Shown here: in pieces, positions 8,902-17,062 of the stretch
How the letters are laid out: the number at the start of each line of letters is the position of its first letter
Numbering within the stretch: the stretch's first letter is position 1
IMG/VR virus record: IMGVR_UViG_3300037780_000077
Coordinates: 1-28,328 of that record
Direction: 5' to 3' (one strand)
Length of the DNA: 28,328 nt
Source: a virus
Lineage: Duplodnaviria; Caudoviricetes
The notes under the pieces: generated by a model
Databases searched by the model: none
Seen by the model: the letters and a program-made list of their open reading frames with translations, nothing else
What the model was told of the DNA's origin: nothing
Program-made: the position numbers and the translations under genes

Positions 8902-9315
8902 TTACTCGGTGCAGTCGCCGGGGGCAAGGGTCTCGGGGCCATCGGTGGATTCCTGGTTGGCTTCGAGGACGGTAACGGCGGCGAGGGTCTTTTGGTAGGG
9001 GGAAAGTCTGAGAATCTCAAAGCACCACGACTCGTCGCTCCACTCTTTTTCGATGTCGCTGTCGAAACTAAGAAATTGCTCAAGCGTACCGATGTATTGC
9101 AACCACAAGCCTTTTTGTTCGATGCGATCCTCCACCACCCTCGCGTCATCGTGGGAGGTGGCGGGGGACCAGTCGCCGGGCATGTGGATTCCGCTTCCGC
9201 TGTAGCGCCCGTGGCCTACGTAATTGCCCTCAGCGTCTACCCACTCGTCGTAAAAGTCGTGTTTAGTCCATCCCATCGCCTTCGCCGCTCGCTCGTTCAA
9301 TTCTTCATTGGTCAT
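8902..9315 (-). CDS. Phage protein, NinX / ABA-sandwich-like
   Basis: Start reassigned to ATG 9315 (ATGA overlap with upstream stop). MTNEELNERAAKAMGW...DWSPATSHDDARVVEDRI resembles that family. Confidence 0.6.
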   Translation of the reverse strand: MTNEELNERAAKAMGWTKHDFYDEWVDAEGNYVGHGRYSGSGIHMPGDWSPATSHDDARVVEDRIEQKGLWLQYIGTLEQFLSFDSDIEKEWSDESWCFEILRLSPYQKTLAAVTVLEANQESTDGPETLAPGDCTE

Positions 9316-9836
9316 CGGATTCCCTCCCCGCTCTCTGTGGCGTACCTGATGAGCGGCTGGTCGTTCGGGCGATACAGCGGGTGGTACGGCTGGCCCTCGC
9401 CCGTGATGCCTAGGCAACACACGTCCGGGTCCGACCCGAGCAGAGCCATCACCTCGCGGTCCCTTCCGAGATGACTGCCGTGGTTGCCCCACGCGGCGAT
9501 TGTGAGGTCGGCTTCCATGTGTGCTGCGAGTATCCGCGAGTCGTTGTCGGGACCGACCGGCTTGGCCGCTGCCTTCATGTCCGGAATCTTGGTCGCTCTG
9601 AAAGCGAACAAGTTGACCACGATCAGGTTCCCGCAGTCCTCGCGGGCTGCAAAGTGTTTGCATCGGCGGATGGTCGGGTCGTCTTGGCTTGCGTCTGCCG
9701 TGCTGGGATTCAGCATGATGAACAGGCAAGTCCGGCCAGTGTCGCCGTCAAGTCCGTGGCGGGTAAGGCGATAGCGGTACTGGCCGCAGTCGCTGATCTC
9801 GGCAGTATTTGATTGTGGGGCGAATAAGTCGCTCAT
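9312..9836 (-). CDS. DUF1643 family protein
   Basis: AEISDCGQYRYRLTR, FIMLNPSTADASQDDPTIRRC, VVNLFAFRAT, IAAWG and PYHPLY are characteristic motifs. Confidence 0.9.
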   Translation of the reverse strand: MSDLFAPQSNTAEISDCGQYRYRLTRHGLDGDTGRTCLFIMLNPSTADASQDDPTIRRCKHFAAREDCGNLIVVNLFAFRATKIPDMKAAAKPVGPDNDSRILAAHMEADLTIAAWGNHGSHLGRDREVMALLGSDPDVCCLGITGEGQPYHPLYRPNDQPLIRYATESGEGIR

Positions 9837-10096
9837 GATTCCTCCCCGCTCTCTGCGGCGGCGCGGGCGGCGAGGTTCGCGATCTCGCCGTCAACCGGCA
9901 GCGTGATGTAATTGCGGCCGATCCGCTTGGCACAGGCCACGGCGTCATTAATTGCCCTGCCCAACTTCTCCGCCTCCCCCAGCCGCTTGTTCTCGGCGGT
10001 GAGGGTGGCGATGGTGGCGGCGTCTTTGGCGTGCTGCTCCGCCTTACCTTCAAAGTATGCTTGATCTAGGTCTGTAAAATCTTGTGGGTCTTTCAT
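9833..10096 (-). CDS. Hypothetical protein (87 aa)
   Basis: Start reassigned to ATG 10096 (SD AAGGAAG, 1 nt after upstream stop); ATGA overlap with the next gene. Confidence 0.7.
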   Translation of the reverse strand: MKDPQDFTDLDQAYFEGKAEQHAKDAATIATLTAENKRLGEAEKLGRAINDAVACAKRIGRNYITLPVDGEIANLAARAAAESGEES

Positions 10097-10097
10097 C

Positions 10098-10433
10098 TCA
10101 TTCTTCCTTCGCGGTGGGGGTGAGGGCTGCTGTAATCCGTGCGAGTGTCGGGCTGTGTGGGCTGTAGATTTGATCTTTGGCTTCGGCAAGCAATGCCTTC
10201 AACCTCTCCACCTCCTCCCGCTGGCGGGCGCGGGCGGCGAGGTGGTCGGACCACGCTTCTGCCATACGCTTGGCAAGATCGACCGACTCCTGTCGGGTAC
10301 ACGCTCCGACGTATCGGTCAATAAATCCGGCGTCAATCTTAAGCGCTTCCCGGTCTTTGTCGTGGTCAGTCATGGTCGGTGGTTTAGGAAGTGATGCGTA
10401 CATTTCTTCCAGTAGTTCATCGGGGTTGCTCAT
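10098..10433 (-). CDS. Hypothetical protein (111 aa)
   Basis: SD AAGGA upstream; tightly packed in the operon. Confidence 0.7.
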   Translation of the reverse strand: MSNPDELLEEMYASLPKPPTMTDHDKDREALKIDAGFIDRYVGACTRQESVDLAKRMAEAWSDHLAARARQREEVERLKALLAEAKDQIYSPHSPTLARITAALTPTAKEE

Positions 10434-10854
10434 GGTCGGTGTCCTTGGTGGTGGAGAGGAAGTCGTCGATGCGAGCGAGAGACTTTCGCGTCATCCCGAG
10501 CGCGAACTTCGATATAGAGTCGTCTCGGTTCTCGCCGGGCCTATTGCACATGGTGAGTTCGTATTTTTCCAAAAGCCGAATACGCTCAGTCGCCTCTCGC
10601 AACAACTCCACCGCCTCCCCCAGCTTCCCGCCCTCGGCGGCGGAGACGGCGTGGGGGCCGAAGACCTTTAAGTAGGATGCGCAGCAGTCGCGGATAAACC
10701 CCGCCCTTGCTCTTGCTATTTCTTTCGTTGGCCCGTCCGCTATCGCAAAGCATGTCCCATAGCTGGGCGTCAATTGCAGGTGGACTGCGTTTCCATTGTG
10801 TTCTAGGGGGTGGTCCCAATCTCCGATTCCCGGCGTGTGCGTCGTCTCACTCAT
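10417..10854 (-). CDS. Hypothetical protein (145 aa)
   Basis: Start reassigned to ATG 10854 (SD AAAGGAG); N-terminus MSETTHTPG is a common start pattern in small phage proteins. Confidence 0.7.
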   Translation of the reverse strand: MSETTHTPGIGDWDHPLEHNGNAVHLQLTPSYGTCFAIADGPTKEIARARAGFIRDCCASYLKVFGPHAVSAAEGGKLGEAVELLREATERIRLLEKYELTMCNRPGENRDDSISKFALGMTRKSLARIDDFLSTTKDTDHEQPR

Positions 10855-10953
10855 GGTCTGCTCCTTTGTAGTTGCGGGCGGCGTCAATCAGCCGCGAGTG
10901 TGCGGCCTGGTTCTCTTCGGTCCACGCGGGGTGGTCTTGTTCAACCGACCCTA

Positions 10954-11217
10954 TCAGTCGTACTTCTTGCCTGTCGGCATATGCCTGCTAAGCAAAAAAG
11001 TCTTGCCAACAGGTCTTTCTTTTCGTCCGCCGACAGAGTCGATGCGGATGTTCTTGCTTGGCCCCGAGAGATCCTTCTTGGTCGCCGGGCTCGCACGGGA
11101 CCAGACCTTCTTCGAGCACGGTCGCCACCCATCGGCTTTGAGCTTCCGTGCCTCGTCCACGTTCGAGGTTCTTGTTACGAGGTCACCGTTCTTTGTTCTT
11201 TTGCGTAGCGTAATCAT
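10954..11217 (-). CDS. Small basic hypothetical protein (87 aa)
   Basis: Start reassigned to ATG 11217 (SD AGGAG, ATGA overlap); Lys/Arg-rich. Confidence 0.65.
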   Translation of the reverse strand: MITLRKRTKNGDLVTRTSNVDEARKLKADGWRPCSKKVWSRASPATKKDLSGPSKNIRIDSVGGRKERPVGKTFLLSRHMPTGKKYD

Positions 11218-11438
11218 AGGGTCTCCTGCTTCAAAATAAAGTTTTCCCCTGAAGGTTCCAGAGACAAGGGCGTCAGTTGATCGGAATGAACGGCGAGCAA
11301 GAACCCGCGAACCGGGTAGTAAGGGTTCGAGGACCAGACAACCGCCAGTGTCCACCAAGCACGATCTTTTTGCTCGGTCAAAACACCGACGATGTCGTTC
11401 TCTCTGCCTAGTCGTACCATTGCGCCTACATATAGCAT
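11214..11438 (-). CDS. Hypothetical protein (74 aa)
   Basis: SD GAAAGGA upstream; stop overlaps the next start. Confidence 0.65.
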   Translation of the reverse strand: MLYVGAMVRLGRENDIVGVLTEQKDRAWWTLAVVWSSNPYYPVRGFLLAVHSDQLTPLSLEPSGENFILKQETL

Positions 11439-11510
11439 GTCCTGTTCCTTTCGGGGTAGAAAACCACCGACGCCGCAATTAAGCGACGGCGGCAGCGGAG
11501 ATAGTCACAG

Positions 11511-12095
11511 TTAAGCGGAAAGCACTTCGACCTGGTAGATCGCCAGCGCACGGCCCCCGGTGCAGTGAGGGGCCGCGTACATGACCAGATGGACAAGCAT
11601 CTGGGTATCGTTGATGATGATATGCCCGCCCCCGCAAGGGCCGCTCTCTTCGGTCAGGTCGCACGCGGTCAGGTTGACGATAAAGACCTCGGCGTCGCCT
11701 TCGTGCAGTTTGTCGTTGTCTTCGACCCATGCGGCCAGCGTGGTCCACGGCTCGGAATCGTGCTCGGTCGCAATCCATTCCGCGGGTTGGTCGAGTCCGA
11801 TGACAAGACCAAGCAGTTCGCTAATCTTCTGGAAATTAACCGGTCGCGGCTCACGATGCCGATTGGGGTGCGATCCCAACCAAACGCCCGACTCGATCAA
11901 GGACTTTTCCAGTCGCTCCACGGCAACGTCGAGAGATTCGGCAAAATCGTCTTTGGGGCGGGGCATGTTGCTATCTCCTAGCAGATTGGGTGTCTCGGGA
12001 ATCCCTTGGCCGCAGTCGCGTCCGTTACGCTGGTCGAACCAGCAGGCCATAGCGTAGCCGATAAAGTTTTTGATGTCAAGGATTTTGTTTCGCAT
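11511..12095 (-). CDS. Hypothetical protein; alternative start at 11966
   Basis: Two in-frame ATGs each with an SD: AGAAGGA before 12095 and GGAGATAGC before 11966. Confidence 0.65.
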   Translation of the reverse strand: MRNKILDIKNFIGYAMACWFDQRNGRDCGQGIPETPNLLGDSNMPRPKDDFAESLDVAVERLEKSLIESGVWLGSHPNRHREPRPVNFQKISELLGLVIGLDQPAEWIATEHDSEPWTTLAAWVEDNDKLHEGDAEVFIVNLTACDLTEESGPCGGGHIIINDTQMLVHLVMYAAPHCTGGRALAIYQVEVLSA

Positions 12096-12164
12096 GAGTT
12101 TCCTTCTTTCTTGTCAAGGGTTAATGTCGTTGAATCACGGGCAAGCGACGGCAGGCTAAGAACC

Positions 12165-12611
12165 CTATCGGTCAGGGAACCGATCGAGATAAATCTTTAC
12201 TTGCTTTTTTGCTTTCTCCCACGAGATGACCGATAAGCCATAAACGATTCCCAGTCGCTTTTTACCTGGATGCTGCAAAGTCTCGACCGGTTGCTGGTCC
12301 TCGTTGATGCGGAAGCCCTCGTTCCTGAGCCACTGCACCGCGGCCTGGACCTCTCGGGCCTTGATTCCAAGCTCGCGGGCCAGCAGGTCGAGCGGGATGC
12401 TGTGCGGGGTCTTGGGCAATTCGCAGAGCACGCGCATCGCGTTCTGCTGCGAAGGCAGTTCGCCCTTGACGATCTGGATCGACTCGGGCAGATCGAACTC
12501 GATACGGGCACGGTCGCGGTTGGCCCGCTGTACGCGGATGTACCCGAGCCGCTTTCCGTCGCTGTCGGTCAGGATGATCTCCTGGCCGGTCTCGAAGCTG
12601 AGGGAGATCAT
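12165..12611 (-). CDS. CsrA-like domain fused to a (winged) helix-turn-helix domain
   Basis: Residues 1-52 MISLSFETGQEIIL...GYIRVQ...DRARIEFDLPESIQIVKGEL align by eye with the CsrA at 19933; C-terminus IPLDLLARELGIKAREVQAAVQWLRNEGFRI is HTH-like. Confidence 0.65.
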   Translation of the reverse strand: MISLSFETGQEIILTDSDGKRLGYIRVQRANRDRARIEFDLPESIQIVKGELPSQQNAMRVLCELPKTPHSIPLDLLARELGIKAREVQAAVQWLRNEGFRINEDQQPVETLQHPGKKRLGIVYGLSVISWEKAKKQVKIYLDRFPDR

Positions 12612-12862
12612 GCGGGCTTCTCCGTCTTGTCGGTGCTCCCCGTCTTGTCGGTGCTCCCCGTCTTGTCGGTGCTCCCCGTGGCCTTGCGGGCTTGCTGTGC
12701 CCGAACCTGGCGGTTGGCCTCGGCCAAGGCCAGCGATTTACGAGGCGAGCCCTTGCGGGCGCAGGGCAGGCACAGGACGCGGTCGGGGTCATCGCCGAGG
12801 CCGCAGCCGACTGTTTTGCCGCAGACGATGCAGCGGGCTCTGAGGGGGTTTCTAGGTTTCAT
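12608..12862 (-). CDS. Small zinc-finger protein with GSTDKT repeats (84 aa)
   Basis: Start reassigned to ATG 12862; ATGA overlaps at both ends; CIVC...CLPC motif. Confidence 0.7.
   Translation of the reverse strand: MKPRNPLRARCIVCGKTVGCGLGDDPDRVLCLPCARKGSPRKSLALAEANRQVRAQQARKATGSTDKTGSTDKTGSTDKTEKPA
12623..12676. repeat. Perfect 18-bp tandem repeat x3
   Basis: cgtcttgtcggtgctccc at 12623, 12641 and 12659, encoding GSTDKT. Confidence 0.95.
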
Positions 12863-13029
12863 TTTGTGTACCAAATCACGCTTACTGCGATGCCCCAGCC
12901 GCCGAGCGCAACGAGCAGCCCGGCCGTCAGGCAAAGGGTCAGGTCGATGTCCCTGCACCGCGGCGACCCTATCGCCGCCCACAACAGCAACAGGTTCCAG
13001 ATGCAGGTAGCCAGGAGGTATTCTTTCAT
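12859..13029 (-). CDS. Small membrane protein (56 aa; not in ORF track)
   Basis: MKEYLLATCIWNLLLLWAAIGSPRCRDIDLTLCLTAGLLVALGGWGIAVSVIWYTK: two hydrophobic segments; stop overlaps the next ATG. Confidence 0.65.
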   Translation of the reverse strand: MKEYLLATCIWNLLLLWAAIGSPRCRDIDLTLCLTAGLLVALGGWGIAVSVIWYTK

Positions 13030-13050
13030 GGTCTTGTTTTTTGTACTGGA

Positions 13051-13311
13051 TTAGCAGTCGTATTCGATCCGAAAGCCCTCAAGGGTCGCGTCGTACCGCA
13101 CGGGCATGTCCATGAACCGAGAGGTCGGCCCGAAGCTCTCCGCGATGCCATCTTTCGTTAGCTGGTCGCTGCCGAACTCGGTGTACTTGTACAGGAGGTC
13201 GATGATCTCCCGGCCGACCGATTCACCGATGACCAGTCGCAACGTGCGCCGTTCTACGTTTTGTTTCCGTAGCCGCATCGCTTCCCGACAGATGTCTTCA
13301 ACATGGCTCAT
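13051..13311 (-). CDS. Hypothetical protein (86 aa)
   Basis: Start reassigned to ATG 13311 (GGAG upstream, ATGA overlap). Confidence 0.7.
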   Translation of the reverse strand: MSHVEDICREAMRLRKQNVERRTLRLVIGESVGREIIDLLYKYTEFGSDQLTKDGIAESFGPTSRFMDMPVRYDATLEGFRIEYDC

Positions 13312-13532
13312 TGGTCCGCTCCAAGTAGAACAAGCTCTAAGGCTACGCCGATCGCCCCCTGCTCGCTCTCGATCCATTGCCGGGCACGACGCTCGGCCGT
13401 GGTCTCGCGGCTCGCTGGGGCCGTTGTATGGACGCTCACGGGCAGCGGTTCCTGGGGCACGTCGATCCAGACCTCGGCTTCGATACCGCACGGGGTCGTG
13501 AACGTTTTAATGTAAGGGGTCGGGTGCTTCAT
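13308..13532 (-). CDS. Hypothetical protein (74 aa)
   Basis: Fits operon packing; no clear SD, a hairpin lies directly upstream. Confidence 0.6.
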   Translation of the reverse strand: MKHPTPYIKTFTTPCGIEAEVWIDVPQEPLPVSVHTTAPASRETTAERRARQWIESEQGAIGVALELVLLGADQ

Positions 13533-13575
13533 AACGCGGCCGCGTTGCGGTTAGGCAACGCGCCGCAGATCAAAG

Positions 13576-14055
13576 TCAGCGAATCCAGTAGGTCACGCCA
13601 TCGAACTCGACGCTCGTATAGTCCGCCTTCAATTGCTCGGCCGCTTCTTCCCAGTCGATGCAATTGAGCGGCCACGTTGCGCTTGGGTCGATTGCGCCGA
13701 TGTCTTCGGCTAATTGCTGAGCAAACTCTTTGAAGTACGAGTCACGGATCAGCGACTCGCCGTGGTTCCAGTCGGCCGCGTAGCCGCTTGCTTCGTCGGC
13801 CAGTGCGCGTAGGACTTGAATCTCTTCGCGTTCGTCTTCGCTGAAAGCCTCGTTAGCTTCGTCGAGTGCTTTTTCTCGCTCAGCCAAGTCGTCTTGATAA
13901 CGGTCGCCGTACTCTTCGGTGGCTTCGTCGTCCATGTCCAGAAGTTCGTCAAGTTCGTCCTGGGCGTCAATGATTGCCCCCTCAAGCTCTTCTAGCTCTT
14001 CGATGCGTTCGATAATGTCGCGGCTGTCGATGATGTCGTCGGTGTTGCTGAACAT
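13576..14055 (-). CDS. Acidic antirestriction ArdA-like protein
   Basis: Very Asp/Glu-rich; C-terminus FAQQLAEDIG...NCIDWEEAAEQLKADYTSVEFDGVTYWIR resembles the ArdA C-terminal IDYE/IDWE motif. Confidence 0.6.
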   Translation of the reverse strand: MFSNTDDIIDSRDIIERIEELEELEGAIIDAQDELDELLDMDDEATEEYGDRYQDDLAEREKALDEANEAFSEDEREEIQVLRALADEASGYAADWNHGESLIRDSYFKEFAQQLAEDIGAIDPSATWPLNCIDWEEAAEQLKADYTSVEFDGVTYWIR

Positions 14056-14138
14056 GGTACTGTCTCCAAAAGGGGTTAGGGGTTAATGCTGCGCCGTCGC
14101 CTTTAGGCGACAGGCAGCAGGCAGCAGGTGCGGGGGGC

Positions 14139-14540
14139 TTAGGACTTGACCGGCCACGGGATGCCCAACGCCTCGACCTCGGCCGTGTGCAGCGTGCCGC
14201 GTTGCGTGGTACCGTCGCCCTGGTCGATGTCAGTTAGCTCGTCTTCGTTGCAGAAGACAATGTCGTAGTCGATCATCGCTACCGTCGTGCCGATCAGGTT
14301 CGGGTCATCGCTGTAGACGCCTTCGATGCAGCCGCCATCCATCGCCACGAGTAAGCGAGGATTGGAAGAGACCGGATAAGGCTGCAGCTTCCAACTAGCC
14401 ACTTCCTCGGACCTTCGGTCCCGTAGTACCCCGTTACCGGTACGGGTCGGGCTTGCCTCTAGTTTGTCGGCAAGTTCTCTTAAATAAGTCGCGGTAAGTG
14501 CCCCGGTCATGCCGTGCCGAAAGTCTATGGTAAGTTTCAT
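14139..14540 (-). CDS. Hypothetical protein (133 aa)
   Basis: Conserved leader GGAGATAGCACG-ATG. Confidence 0.8.
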   Translation of the reverse strand: MKLTIDFRHGMTGALTATYLRELADKLEASPTRTGNGVLRDRRSEEVASWKLQPYPVSSNPRLLVAMDGGCIEGVYSDDPNLIGTTVAMIDYDIVFCNEDELTDIDQGDGTTQRGTLHTAEVEALGIPWPVKS

Positions 14541-14633
14541 CGTGCTATCTCCATTGCAGGGTTATCGAGTCGCCCGCACGTTGCGGGCTAAAGCCGCGCC
14601 GTGCCCGTGTCCGGGCAAGGGCGGGTGTCGGGG

Positions 14634-15281
14634 TCACTCGGTCGGTTCGGTCCACGGGGTCACGCTGCAGGCGATCTCAGCCGCTTGCTCGGCAAGCTCC
14701 GTGAGCTTGGCCTCGGTCGCCTGGCTGACCGGGAGATTGACTTCCCAGAGCTTCACGCCCTTACCGTCGCGGCCGTACTCGTCGAAGTTGACCATGACGA
14801 CAAGCTGGACCTCCGGCTCGCCCGACTTGTTCCGGCTATTGTCCGTGTCGTAATAACAGGCCCGGACCTCGAACACATAGAACTGGTCGAGCCATTCGTT
14901 TTCGTAGTCATAGAACGCTTCGCGTTGCTCGTCGCTCATGGCTTCCCATTCGGTGCCGGTCAAGTCGTTATCGTCAAGGTACGATTGCATCGCCGATGCT
15001 TGGGCTTCCTCGATACGCACGCTGAGCAGTCCCGCGTGTCGTCCGCTACCGTAGGCGCTGCTCAGGTAGCTGCTCGGTTGGGCCATCCAACCGCCATCGG
15101 TAAAGGGAAAGAAACCGGGGCGGGCTTTGTTCTCGACTCGCTCAAGATCGTTGCTGTCGTCGAGGTCGAATTGCAGGGCCAAGGCCTCGCTTACGAACTC
15201 GACAAACTGCTCGGCCAAGGGGTCGATCGGCTTAAAGGCCTCGGGGACGGTGTAGGTTTCGGTTGAGTTGACGGTGCTCAT
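14634..15281 (-). CDS. Acidic hypothetical protein (215 aa)
   Basis: Start reassigned to ATG 15281 behind the leader GGAGATAGCACC. Confidence 0.8.
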   Translation of the reverse strand: MSTVNSTETYTVPEAFKPIDPLAEQFVEFVSEALALQFDLDDSNDLERVENKARPGFFPFTDGGWMAQPSSYLSSAYGSGRHAGLLSVRIEEAQASAMQSYLDDNDLTGTEWEAMSDEQREAFYDYENEWLDQFYVFEVRACYYDTDNSRNKSGEPEVQLVVMVNFDEYGRDGKGVKLWEVNLPVSQATEAKLTELAEQAAEIACSVTPWTEPTE

Positions 15282-15360
15282 GGTGCTATCTCCGTTGCAG
15301 GGGGTTAGGGGGTCCAGTAAATGCTGCGCCGTCGCCGTTGGGCAACGGGCAGCAAAGGCA

Positions 15361-15567
15361 TTAGGCAAAGTCGTCGGCCGCTTCGTTCCATTCCTTCCGA
15401 GCCTCATCGACATTGTCGCCGGTAATCAGGCCGAATGTCGCTGAGACCAAGTTGGCCTCAGCTTGTAGCCGTTGGCGGAGTCGGGTGTCTTTAGGGTCGC
15501 ATCGCCTTAGTTCTGCGCGGCTTGCCTCAAGTGCTTCGTTCAGATAATGGGCCAGGTCGTGGGTCAT
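15361..15567 (-). CDS. Hypothetical protein (68 aa)
   Basis: Start reassigned to ATG 15567 behind the same leader and a promoter. Confidence 0.75.
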   Translation of the reverse strand: MTHDLAHYLNEALEASRAELRRCDPKDTRLRQRLQAEANLVSATFGLITGDNVDEARKEWNEAADDFA

Positions 15568-15616
15568 GGTGCTATCTCCGTTGCAGGGGGTTTGAGTTTG
15601 TTCCGTTATCAAAGTT

Positions 15617-15644
15617 ATTTTAACGCTTCGTGTCTTCGTGTCAA
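15617..15644 (-). promoter_or_regulatory. Sigma70-type promoter heading the early gene cluster
   Basis: TTGACA (15644-15639)-N16-TAAAAT (15622-15617) in an intergenic gap with A/T-rich upstream sequence. Confidence 0.78.
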
Positions 15645-15653
15645 GTCTCTTGT

Positions 15654-16193
15654 TCACTTTTTTATGTGGTACCAAAAGTATCGGACATTTGCCGCCGTTA
15701 TCTTGAAATACTCGGCGACCTCGTCGGGGTGGTAGCCGTGGCCTTTGCACTTGCGGACCTGGTCGATCAGGGGCGTGCGGAACTTCGTGGCGCGCCCGTG
15801 GTACTTGTGATCGGGCAGGGTGTTCGTGTGCCCCTCGGTGATCGGATCGGGGACCAGTTGGGCCAGCGTCGGCCGGGTCTTGGCTCGCTGAGCCTGGCCG
15901 TGGGCCGTCTGCTGCTGCTGCCGCTCTTTGATGTACCACAAGTAATGGACCTGCTGCTCGGTCAGGTTGGCGACCTTGGCCGTGGCCGCTTTGGTCAGGC
16001 CGTTGGCGCGGCAGCGGTGGGCGGTCGCTTCCTGCTCGGGGGAGTAGGTCGTGCCCTTGCGTCGCCCTCGTGAGGCACGGTCGCGGCCGAGGGTGATGCG
16101 AGTAGCCGAGGGTGATGAGTCTTTTGTGGTGCGGATCGTGAGCCGGGACGGGGGCAGGTTGAGGTTCAAATATCGGGGTGAAGGCAGGGACAT
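15654..16193 (-). CDS. Putative DNA-binding protein with two HTH-like repeats (179 aa)
   Basis: Start reassigned to ATG 16193 (SD GAAAGGA). Internal repeat TKAATAKVANLTEQQVHYLWY / HPDEVAEYFKITAANVRYFWY. Confidence 0.65.
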   Translation of the reverse strand: MSLPSPRYLNLNLPPSRLTIRTTKDSSPSATRITLGRDRASRGRRKGTTYSPEQEATAHRCRANGLTKAATAKVANLTEQQVHYLWYIKERQQQQTAHGQAQRAKTRPTLAQLVPDPITEGHTNTLPDHKYHGRATKFRTPLIDQVRKCKGHGYHPDEVAEYFKITAANVRYFWYHIKK

Positions 16194-16319
16194 GTTATTG
16201 GTCCTTTCGTAAGAGAAAAAGTTAAGTGAGGTTTTGTTCGGGTTTGTTCGGTTCTTGTTTAGGGTCTTTCTGGCGACTTCGGGGATTTGCGGACAATCAA
16301 AAGTCAATGGCGGGTACCG

Positions 16320-17060
16320 CTCAGAAAAATATCAATGAAATACTTTATTTAATAAGAGGCAATAAGTCAAGGGGCATTATTAAATAATTTATTTTACTGA
16401 TATTTTTTTGGTGGGGGTATGTTATAGGGGTTGATGCGTACAGGCTGGCGCTATCGTGAGAGCGGTTTTTGGGTAGAAATTGATATAAGTGCCGTGTTTG
16501 CATGGTATTACAGGATATCATGATTTGGTGTACAGTTATAAGTGCTTGTAGAATAAGGAGTTATAAAAATACGGGAAGTTTTTACCTACAGAATTTGCCC
16601 AATTACATTGTTTATTACCTCCTCCCTTACATTTCCTGCAATAAGCGACCCTTAAAAAACAGACCCTATTAGTTTGATTTGCGGTTTTGTAAAAGAAAAC
16701 ATAATAAACAATGTAAAGTAAGTGCTTACCTACAAAATTTGTACTGAAATTACAGTCCTAGTTATCTAATTAGTACTTCTCTCGGGTTGTATGTTCGGGT
16801 TTTGTTCCGACCCCTGCCGCCCGCCGCGACCTCGGCCTCGTGATATCGCGTACAATATCACGATCCAGCCCGTGCGATCGCCCTTGAGAATCAATCTCAA
16901 CAAGCAACGCCGACCATGCGGCCGCGCAGCATCGACGCGGTAGGCCGACGCGATACCTTGACGCGGTACCGCGTACGGATCGCGTAGCGTCCAGGCCAGC
17001 GCCTAGGCTTGACGGCTTAGGATGTCCGGCCGAGTGACCGGGTTATGGGCGGGATCGATC
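16320..17060. other. Long non-coding region: AT-rich repeat block followed by GC-rich palindrome block
   Basis: No ORF of 60 aa or more in any frame; several direct and inverted repeats (see findings). Confidence 0.8.
16342..16370 (-). promoter_or_regulatory. Sigma70-type promoter for the tandem-HTH gene
   Basis: TTGACT (16370-16365)-N17-TAAAGT (16347-16342), embedded in a 31-bp inverted repeat. Confidence 0.55.
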
Positions 17061-17062
17061 GC

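Noticed and set aside
10847-10957. 36-codon minus-strand frame (LIGSVEQDHP...KGADHE) filling an intergenic gap
   Set aside because: Only a CTG start and no clear SD; may be a gene remnant but cannot be supported.
12859-13029. Two-helix membrane protein as a holin
   Set aside because: Lies among early accessory genes with no endolysin nearby; function left unassigned.
200-16073. Long plus-strand ORFs (e.g. 200-772, 1507-2451, 6237-7337, 14601-15266)
   Set aside because: Antisense shadows of motif-bearing minus-strand genes in GC-rich DNA; no SD or recognisable domains.
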